From NCBI GenBank assembly GCA_051362555.1, contig CM120645.1, positions 23,836,934-23,900,933 of the forward strand: 64,000 nucleotides of DNA, read 5' to 3'. The notes beneath the pieces are model-generated. The model was not told the origin of the DNA. It ran no database searches and was given only the letters and a program-made list of their open reading frames with translations. Positions within the stretch are counted from its first letter, which is position 1. The number at the start of each line of letters is the position of its first letter. Positions 24,771 to 35,800 of this stretch are shown piece after piece. The position numbers and the translations under genes are program-made. The DNA is from Lingula anatina (taxonomy: Eukaryota > Animalia > Brachiopoda).

Positions 24771-27700
24771 CGGGACAACAGCAACAGCGCCACTGGCAAA
24801 GGAAGCGAGAAAGATTTGGTGAGAAATCTTAGTATTTAAAGATTCAGAATTGCACACCCAGTCATAATTCTACCTTGGGTCAACTTTTGCTTGCAATTGG
24901 CTAACAGAACGTCCCCAACTCGTAGCACCCTGCGAGACATAGTAGAAATGGTGAATCAAAATTTTAGCGTCAAACTGCAACCATCATCGATCAAAGTAAA
25001 AAGAGACTATTTAGAAACCTGTAATGTTAAGTACAACAGTGTGTGTTGCATGTGGTGCTGAAATCAAAGCACTAAAACGAACCCGTAGTAAATGTTCATA
25101 GTGAATATAAGTCGCGTGTTTCATCAGTTTCAAGGGTTGCTTTCTACATAACAATATGTTAATTAATAATAACAGTTGGATAGTACATGTTAATTTACTA
25201 AAGGGCCAGTTCTTAGAAAAACATGTTCGACATTAAAATACATTCTAAAAAAGTTTTCAAGTATTGCATTAGAATTGAATCTTTGGATGTATTTGACAAA
25301 ATTATAAAATTATTGAAGAGTTGACAATGCACAGAAAATAAAGGCCTTGAGGCTCTCGCTGATCTCAGTCTTGTCACTTTAAATACATGTACATGGGCAT
25401 TATAATATAAAACTGTTCTGGTTTTGGTAAAAGGTGGTGGATCATGTGGTCAGCGCTGCAAATTTTTGTAGCAGTCTTTTACACAACTTGTCACACCGAC
25501 ATTGAAGTGATGCAGTATTGTAAGATTGGAGTGCTTCCTGGTATGAGTTTTCCAGACATAACTTGAGGCACTGTAATAGTAAAATTACATAAAATGGTTA
25601 TAAAGAAAAAAATGTATTGATATTATCATAACAGCACTATTCTTTAACAAAAATCAACAAATTAGAGGGCATGATCACTACATGATAACCAGCTTATTAT
25701 AAAGAAGCAAGTCTGATTATGGCAAAAAAAAAAAAAATTAAATTTAAATATCTGCAGCTGCATTAAATCATAAAGGCCACAAGAAGAAATAACATAATCA
25801 CACATGGTTTCAAAGAACTGATGTAAAAAAATCACACTAATATTCCCCACTTGGAATTAGAATTTTGACTAGCTAATTTACTACAGTGGAGTGCTAAACC
25901 GTACCAAATGGCACTGTTCACCCTCTAAAATACCAAAGTTTTAAGCAGGCCCAGGACCCCACGCCAACTAAGGGGGGGTCGGCTTTGCATCCGCGGACCC
26001 CCCCCCCCCTTTCAAATAATCCTGGATCCGCCCATGTTATACTGCTAAAATTATTAACATACCTGATCTCTTCACTCGTGCTTGAAGGGGTGTATCACCC
26101 AATTCCTCCTCTGAAAGGCTAAAAAATCATTCCTTATAATCATATTCATTGACAATATTATTAAATTTACAAATACCCACTAGTACTCGAGTTACATTGT
26201 ATATCTCATGGGATTCCCCTGCGAGAATATGGTGTGAGGTTAGTCTGTAAGTACTGGTAGATGACCACATTGAGCAGAAAAGGGTATTCCTCCTGCTTTA
26301 CAGAACTATACACCTCAGGGGTAAACATTGAGCAGAAAAGGGTATTCCTCCTGCTTTACAGAACTATACACCTCAGGGGTAAAGTGCACTATCTCGCTTC
26401 ATATAACTAGTAGTACGTACCCAGTGCGAGTGATTTGGCTGCGAGTGCGTTACCCGAGGAAACGTTAATTATTAGCAGTTATCTACGCTTTTTAACTTCC
26501 TCTGCCAGACATTTTGATTTCCACTGCCATCTTCCCATTTTAAAGTAATTTTGGTAAATATAACTCGCTTACCTGCAAAGATTCGGTGAGCAATTCCTCT
26601 TCTCCTTCACGTCCACGCTCACCTTCGAAACGACATGCTGTCTGCATTTGTTTACATCTCGTATCTGAGTCGAGAAGCCGCGTTATTTCAAACTGTGTCA
26701 AGATGGCTGACGCCCGGGGTTCGAAAGTGGACGGTGAATATGATTCTTTTTTTCGATATTGATTAAGGCCATTTACCTGCCATTTTATGCTTTACCCATA
26801 GCAATTGTTCTCAGATAAGTTAAATAAGAAGCAATCCATGCACTAAAAAGGCGTTTTTAATCCTATTTTTTGTCCCTTTAAAAACATAGTTGCTTGTATT
26901 CTATCCAATGCTTTGAAAATATCGGCAGAGAGAGTGAATTGTATCACAGTAATGTTTCTAATTCTTTTTAGGAGATGACTCTTATGATGATAGAGGAACT
27001 CACGGAATTCTTTGATACCCAGAATTCCCAAATGGACTCTGCTCTATTCCCCTCAGGCTACATCGGTTTGGATACAGGATATAAATCAATGATAAGGATG
27101 GACGGAGCTCCCATTCTTCCTCCAGTGGTAGGCACACCCCTCTTACCCTGAGCCCATTTTACACTATTGTTTTTAACTTTATGACCACAAATTTTGATCA
27201 TCTCTAATTCTGTATAAAGGTGTTTTAGTTTACTAAAATTAAGTAGCTTTTGCTTTAGAATTGTAATACAAAGGCAGTATTTCACTGAAGACTTCAAGTG
27301 AACTGCTACACTAATCTAGCAGAGCTTTTCACAGGCAAATTTCTTTTGGTCTTTATAATCTTTGTAAAAGTCTATGACTAGGAATTAAGTGAGTATTGAT
27401 ACTGTTTACAGATGACACATGAGAGAAGAGAGGAGATGCAGCAATACAAGCGTCAGGCAGTGATAGCAGAAACCAGGTTGAAAAGCAGAAGAAGAGAGAA
27501 ACTGTTGGCCAAAGTCCAGTCCATTGTAGATGAGATTGAGGTAAGTTATCTAACACGTGCTAACTTTAATGTCAAGTTTGTAAAGAATATGGATTTATAA
27601 ACAAGTGTCTATGTTAAGCTTTCATTTAAAAAAAGAACACTTTTTATAGGAAAATCAAGTGATTTTCATATGCTTTCTGATGTAGAACAAGGCATATTTT

Positions 27701-29678
27701 AAACATTTTGACAATGTTTAAATTAAAGTGTTGGATTTTAATTCAGCTTTTGAACTCATGTAAACTGCACCCAACTTCTCATATAGTCACGATAAACAGC
27801 CATGCATGCACACGCACACACGCACACACACACACACACACACTGATGATAGATTATGTTTAATTTATACACTATTGCTCAATTAAATGATAATTTTTGT
27901 AATTTTAGACAAGAAGAACCCCATCTCCACAACAAGAGGGCCAGCCAACTAACCAAGGTGTTATCACAGCCACTATGACCACCACAACCGCTATTATGAC
28001 CACATCTCCTACAACACAGCAGGGGTCTTCTACTTATGATAACCAGCCAGATGTGACAGACAGCAGTGGCAGTGACAGACCAGTCACAGTGTCTGGTAGC
28101 TGTGCCAGCAGTGGAAGCAGTGTCAGTGAACTCAACAGGACAGTCATTGAAACCAGCACTTTGTTGAAGGAGAAGTCTAAAATAAACAGTGCCAGTGATA
28201 CTGTAGAAAACACTACTCTAAACAACTCTAACAGTGAGAAAATCCAGACACTAGATGGTGCTGGTGGTGCTTTAGAAATGACAGGTGCTGTTGGATCTGA
28301 CAATGTGAAAGACCAGAGTAGTAGCAGTGGCCATGATAGTGGCTTTGTCACAGGGTCTGTGGCGCCATCTACAGACTATACAGACAGTCAGTTGCCTAAC
28401 TCTGAACTGCCTAACTCTGATCTGAGTGACTTGTTAAGCCGTGTTGTACTCAGTCCTACAGACGGAGAAACAGCAGACAAAGTGCCAAATGTTGTGAAGC
28501 CTGGAGATCAGAAAACACCTGAAAAAGTAAATGAAGTTGGTCAGAGACCAGATGATGTCAAGGGAGGAAATGACCAGTGGCACAGTAATAGCAGTCCCAG
28601 AACAGAGAGTGTGTGTGACAGTGAGGCTGTGAGTTATATGGGAGAATACTGTGCTCTTCCTACCCCAGCACCAACCGGAACTGCTACTACTCTACCCAGT
28701 AGTGGTGATCAGCAGTTACTGACACCAGATGTCTCTGTTATCCCATACGAGACCAACTCCGTGGTGATTAGCTCCTCAGTACCTTCTTCTAGTCAAAATC
28801 AACCTCTTCTGTCCATAACTCAAGCATCGATGGGATCTACTGCCAGTAAACCAGAGCAGTTGCTGTCACAAAAGTCTTTAAACCCAGACTCTGTTGTCAC
28901 TGCCACTAACACTGCCAGTACTGATCTAAGACAATACATGCAAGGTTCACTAGACACCATGGCCAGCTCTCTCACACTGAAGGAAGAAGCTGTAGGTAGC
29001 ACTGCTGGTTTGAAGAATCTAAGCCAGGAAAAGATAAGTCCTGGGTCTAATTTAGAGACTAAGTCTACCCCAGGTCAAAGCCACTTGCGCAAGTCTTCAT
29101 ACACTCTGGAGCATCCGTCCCCAGCACTGCTGATGGCTCATGGTCAGATGAAGACTAATACTGGGGTAGCTGGCACTGAGAGCAGTAAGTGGAACTTGGG
29201 TGTCAAATATTTTAAGTGTGTGTTACTTTATTTGTGTGATTCAGCCAATTGTAGTCTTATACAAATAGGAAATGGAAAATTAAATCACACTCCAGACTCC
29301 AGCATGCAGGTAGTATGAGCTACAGTGTTTAGTCTGTCTCTGCTAGACTTAAGTTTACTGGAGAAGTATATGTGCGATAGAGTGGTACCATTAGTGAAAC
29401 TGAATCTGATGTTAATCTAACTAAAATTATCAAAATTACTTAGCAGGTTTTGAACCCTCAGGTAGAGACAAGCCCAGCACAGTACAGAGGAAACTGAACT
29501 ATGAAGAAGAAGAAGAGCTGGTCACCCCCAGAGACAGTCTGGACAGACACAGCTCCAGTAGGAAGGACGTCCAGGACTCCGAGGCCGAGGGGAAGAGAGA
29601 GCACCTGCAGAGATACCTGGCTCAGATCAGTGCACAACCCACTGTGTCACTCCCTGGGGACCAGTCTGTAGTGGTAAG

Positions 29679-29737
<59 letters not shown>

Positions 29738-29794
29738 TCAAATCAGTGCTCTGCCGACTGTGTCACTCCCTGGAGACCACTCTGTGGTGGTAAG

Positions 29795-29825
<31 letters not shown>

Positions 29826-32800
29826 GAAGGGAGGGTGTGGCTCAAATCAGTGCTCAACCCACTTTGTCACCCCCTGGAGACCACTCTGTGGTGGTAAGTT
29901 ATGAGAGACAGGGCGCGGTAGCTGGTAGCTTGGGTCTGGAGATTATCAAACTATTTAGAAAGGCCACATGTTCACTGGGCTGTCCTAATAGGGACAACTA
30001 AGTCTTCCTTGTGGTACATTTATCAGATATATTATATATTATAATATTATAATATTATATTCCAGCCCAGTGTATCACAGCCCCCCAAGGACAGCCCAGG
30101 GTTCCTGTTCAGTACGAGCTCTATGTCAGGTCTCTGTGGGGGCAGTGAGGAGGTGTTGAAGAACCAGGCTAGACAGTTTGAACAGCTTAGACAACAGCTG
30201 GTGGGACAACAGAAGTCTCAGGTAATAGAGGGGTTCTCTAATCCTCTAGTTATATCTGTTGTTCTATATTATATTATATTGTTAAAGAACCAGGCTAGAC
30301 AGTTTGAACAGGTCAGACAACAGCTGTTGGGGCAACAGAAGTCTCAGGTAATAGAGGAGTTTTCTTATCCTCCAGTTATATCTGATGGTATTACCTCTGT
30401 CAGGGAGGTTATGTTTTCTCCCCTGTTTGTCTGTTTGTTTGTCTGTCACCAACATAACTCAAAAAGTTATGGACCAATTTTGATGAAATTTTTAGGGTAG
30501 GTCAGAAATAGGTCAACTTAGAAGTGATTAGTTAATGTTGGTGATCTGGATCAATAATCAATCAATAATAATAAAAAAATTGCTGCCTTGGCGGAGGTCT
30601 GCGCTCTCGGAGTGCTTTTCTAGTAAATTATATATTCTGTTGTCTGGTAATATCAGTCTGGTGATAGCCATCAGTTCAAGGCCATTGGCTAGTAGAATTG
30701 GTTTCAAACCAGAAGAAAAAGAATTAAAATTCGTTTGAAGGTTGGATAAAAGTAGATCTTTGAAGAGGTGTTTTGAAGGACTTGTATGATTAAATGGGTG
30801 CTTTTCAAATAGATTTAAAGGTTACATATCTTACATTCTCATTGTGAAAGACTTCTTAATTTTTTAAATTCAAAATTCAGAAACTGAACTGAAATTGATG
30901 GTTTCAAAACTGTTTTATTTTCCATCAGCTTGCGGCTCTGCTTCTCCAGCAACAGAGGGAGCAGATGCTGCTACAGCAGGAGTTGGAAGAGCAAGAACAG
31001 AGGTTCCAGCTTGCTAAGCAACAGTTGCTACAGCAACAGGGGAGACAGATGGAGAGGGCCAATGCTGAGCAGTGGTTGAAACAGGTTGATTACGATTGCG
31101 TCTTGTTTACCAAAATCCATCAACATATTATGTGTTAAAAAAATAAAATACTGGAATTCATTTTGTCTAGTTGATGGTGTTCTTCTCACAGATTTCAGTA
31201 GTCCAACTCAGAATACAGATGAACTATTCTCGGTGAACAAGACATAAGTTCTCAAGTTCAGTATGAGATTTTAAATAACTTCTTCTAATATGTGAAAATA
31301 TGCTTGGGTGCCGAAGTTAAACATAAATAGTATTTTAAGTTTCATCACTTCTCACTTTGCAGGTCAACCAACAACAGAGTCCACATGTCCAGCAGATGTC
31401 CAATCCGTCCACTCCCCAGGGCTGTCACATAACTGACCACCACCTCACTAGGTCTGGGGGACATGACAGTGACGATATAGCCCTGGACCAGGTCCATATT
31501 GTCAACAAACCTGGACATCAGCTTCCCAGTGGTCAGTTACCTAGTGGTCAGTTTTATAGCAGTCGGTCACTGCCCAGTGGCCAGTTACGGCAGAGTGGGC
31601 CATCGTCAAAGGAAGCATCCCCAAATTGGCAGAGTCAGAAGGTTGTGTCACCTAGGCAGAGGCTGGGAGAGAAAAGACACAATGTGGTAAGTGGAGGACA
31701 GGCTGGCAGGGAATGAGGACATTTGTGGGCTCATTTACATAGTGCTGACATCTGGTGGTTGTATACACCTTTACACAAACATAGTCACATGTACACACAC
31801 TATTACTGAGAATAAGACCAGATACTCACGGTTGTAGTTGTCATGTGAAAAAAAATCAGTTTATTGATTTAAAATATCTGAAGTTAAATGTACAGTTGTG
31901 TAATTGTTTTCATTTTTAAACATTTCATAAATATCTATGAGGCTTCTAATACAATGTAAGTAAAAAAAGAATAGCCATGGCAAGCATATATTTTGGAGGT
32001 GGTAATAGTAGAGTTAACCTGTGATTATGTGTTGCTCTAACGTGAGGAATGAACCAGGGTAAACTCACCCCTGTATTCTGGTTGCAGGCTATCACCCCGG
32101 CCATGGAGAGAAAGTTCTGTATGCTGTCAGCAGCTGTAAAGGGTTACCTTACCAGAAGATTGTACAGGACAGAGAAAGTCCAGGCTATTATACAGACTAT
32201 TAAGGTAAGTTTACGTGGGCTGCTCTCAAACAGTCAAAACTTCTGGGGTTTTACAGACCAATCCCCATCCCAGCTTTCTGTTGGATGAAACAAATGATGG
32301 AGTGAAGTTTCCGAGAGCTTTTCTTTCTCTCACTGAATGTGTGTTTTATTGAAAGATCATCATACTCAGATCTAGAAGAGCCGAGTGCTAGCTAGGCTGT
32401 GACTTTAACATGGCGGACCTACATGAAAGGAAGACCGCTTAATCCTGTAATGGTCTCTCCTCCTCTCACACACCTCCCCACGTTCCTGCAGGGGTACAGT
32501 AATTAAATCTCGGCTCAATTCAACTGTGTGAGAGGAGGAGAGACCATTACAGGATTAAGCGGTCTTCCTTTCATGAAGGTCTGCCATATTTAGGTCGCGG
32601 CCTAGCTAGCACTCGGCTCTTCTCGATCTGAATGGGGCCTATGTTAAAGATCTAAGTGATTGCTCATATTTTCTCTTGAAATAATTTCTCCCTGTTTCCC
32701 AGGATACCACAGACTAATATTGCAGTGAGGTTTCCGAGAGCTTTTCTCTCTCTTACTGAATGTGTTTGTTATTGAAAGAGATCATTATATAATACCACAA

Positions 32801-35800
32801 AATATCAAAATGATGATTTAGATTTTCTCTTCAAAAATTGTTCTCCCTGTTTCCTAGGATACCACAGACCTAGCCATTAGCATCCAAAGTGAGAGTCCAT
32901 CTAGGAAGATGGCGTACCTGAACCAGGACAAGAATCTCCAGGACAGGGTGATTGCACAGGTAGAGAGATACTGGGTTTAGTTCACTTTAAAGATTAAAAG
33001 TTAAGAGAGTAGTTTTATTTAACAGGATGGCATTAGTTTTGAAGTGTTTAAATTGTTGAGTGCAGATAGGCACACTTGCACTTTTGCTTTCTTTTTTAAT
33101 TTTGATTGAATTCTTTTCTAGAAAAAAAACCTACTTTATCAAGCCAATGATTAACTGCTTGAATAATGTCACAGTTCACAATTTTAGACATTAATGAGAA
33201 ATTGTTAGTTAGCATTATCTTACACATTAACCTTTCCTCCAAATATTGACTGTCACATTTTGGTTTCAGTTGAGAGCCGGGTTGCTGGAAATCCATGACA
33301 TATTCTTTGGGCTGCCAGGCTGGGAGAGGATGCAGATCATAGCTCAGGACCGACAGCTAGAGCAGGAGAGACTGGCCAAACAGAATGTAAGTATACAGGG
33401 AATATCTTAATACTGCCGTCTTTATTATGCTTAGACATTTTATCTATCTGTATGGTTTCAATGATGATGATGATCAGTGGCTTGAAAATTCAACATATAG
33501 TGGAAACCCTGTCAAATGTTATGTTCATTGTTTAACAATTCAGTTCAAAATCTTCAATTTTATTAAGGACAGTAAAATTTGCTTGTTTTAATTGCAAGTG
33601 ATGGAAAATTTAATATTGATATGACTTGTTGTATTATTCTGGCGAGAGTTTAGTAGAATATTTTAATATTTTATTAATTCAGAAGAATGAACAGAAGAAG
33701 AAAAGACTGAGTGCAGCCACACAGAAAGCCCTGGAGAGAAAGAAGAAAGCACAGTATCCTTTAGTTACTTTAAATTAAGGGCAGAATATTATCTGACTGA
33801 AGAACCTGAAGAAAAATATGTGCTGAAAAATAAAATTCATGAAAAGGGTACAGATTTCGTTGAAGAAAGGTGTGAAGTATACTGACAATCAGTGAAAAGG
33901 CATCGTTTTTTTAATCAAATAATATTTTAAGTTCCTTTGGAACATTAAGAAAATAACAGTTTTCCTGTGAAATATGACTCCTTATTCAGTCAAATAAGGT
34001 GACTCTCTTATGACCAAACAAGTGCATTTGTACTGTTTTATATGGTTGGAATTGATTCGCGGTAAAAAAGTACAAGAAAGTTTTCTTATGCTTTTTCATT
34101 GACTGTCAGTATATATGGTGAATTTTTGCACATGTAATATGATAATAGTAGTATGATAATTTAAAAGGAAGACACTTTCATAACAATCCCAGTCTTTCAC
34201 AAATGTATTATCATTTAAAAAATCCTCAACCCTGCTCAAGACTAGCAGAGTCTGCAGTGTTTGGTCATTCTATGCGTCCCAAGACGTCCCCAGAGACCAG
34301 TAGCCCCAAGGTGGCCAGGACTGACCTCAGGTAGGAAGATAGGGGGGGAGTTTTTAAATATTTTTATGTACAGACACAGATGTGTCTGTACATATTGCCA
34401 TCACCTGCGTCTGTCGTCGCCGTCGTCGCCGATGGCGATGCCGATGCCGATGCCGTCGCCGTGCACTTTCACTGTAAACACGATAAGTGGAACACAGTTT
34501 TATTTTTTGGTTTTATATTTACAGAGCTGATGAATATTCATAAAACGCCGGTCAAGTTCGAAAATCAGCATGAACGGGCCATTATTGTAGAAGTTATGCT
34601 GTTTTATCACTTTTCAGCATATATGCAACCCTGTAAACACATTTTAAGGAAAACCGTTAGGCCTGTTGTCATGAAAGTCACAAGAGTAATCAATCTTACT
34701 AAAACGCAGGTCAAGTTCGAAAATCGGCATGATCGGGCCACTATTTTAGTAGTTATGCTGTTTTTTCCTTTTTTTCAGCATATGGGCAAAACTGTAAACA
34801 CAATATAAGAAAAACAGATAGGCCAATTGTCATTAAACTCACAGGAGTGGTCAATCTTACTTAAACGCAGGTCGAGTTCTAAAATCAGCATAATTGGGCC
34901 ATTATTTTAGAAGTTATGCTGTTTTTTCACATTTCCTCACATTCAATTCTTAGGCATGTTAACAGTCTTATTATTTTACTAATAAGATACATTAAAGTGT
35001 TTGTTTGACTTCCTGCATCTTTACAACATTGTGAGTTGATTATGTAAAAATGATGGTAAACTTGTTATCGTGTATTGTGTAATAAAGTGTCAAAAATGGA
35101 AATAAACTCATATCATTGCAGTTTGTCAGATTCAATCATTCACTATGTTCAGAATCTCAGAATGGAGGAAATTGGACATTTAACACTATTCTATTGATAT
35201 TTTTCCCATCTCATCAATTATTTTAGTTGATCATATAAAAATTGCAGTAAACTGTTTATTTTGTTTTATGTTAAAAAAAGTGTTAAAAATGGAAATAAAC
35301 CCATGTCAGAACAGTGCTGTCTTGTTTCACATTTCCTCAGATTCAATTCTTAGGCATGTTAACAGTCTCATTATTTAACTAATAAGACATGTAAAAGTGT
35401 TTGGTTGACATTTCCTGCATCTTTACAACATTATTAGTTGATTATGTAAAAATGATGGTAAACTTGTTATCGTGTATTGTGTAATAAAGTTTCAAAAATG
35501 GAAACAAACTCATATCATTGCAGTTTGTCAGATTCAATCATTCACTATGTTCAGAATCTCAGAATGGAGGAAATTGGACATTTAACACTGTTGTATTGAT
35601 ATTTTTCCCATCTCATCAATTTTCTTAGTTGATCATATAAAAATGGCAGTAAACTGTTAATTTTGTTTAATGTTTAAAAAATTGTTAAAAATGAAAAAAA
35701 AAAAAAAACATTTCAGAACAGTGCTGTCTTGTTTACATTTTGGCATTTTCAAGTTGTGACTTTGAAGTTCCATGGGCCTGAAGACCTTTGCTAGTCACAT

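Larger units (their letters stand above)
25491..26636 (-). other. Candidate nested antisense spliced transcript in CCP110 intron 1 (small ORF or non-coding host gene)
   Basis: Minus-strand donors AAG|GTGAGC (26622), CAG|GTAAGC (26572), TGG|GTACGT (26420), CAG|GTATGT (26062). Pyrimidine-rich acceptors ending at 26119, 25571 and 25019. Confidence 0.45.

Noticed and set aside
26195-26600. Telomerase RNA interpretation of the structured segment
   Set aside because: No CTAACCC-type template upstream on that strand, and the 5-nt loop CATCT lacks the conserved U and G of P6.1.
26063-26636. COA4/CHCH-type protein suggested by DTPLQARVKRS
   Set aside because: The next exon gives no twin CX9C motif in the required phase.
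29618-29910. Repeat-spacer pattern resembling a CRISPR array
   Set aside because: Eukaryotic exon-end duplications separated by GA microsatellite; no cas genes or unique spacers.
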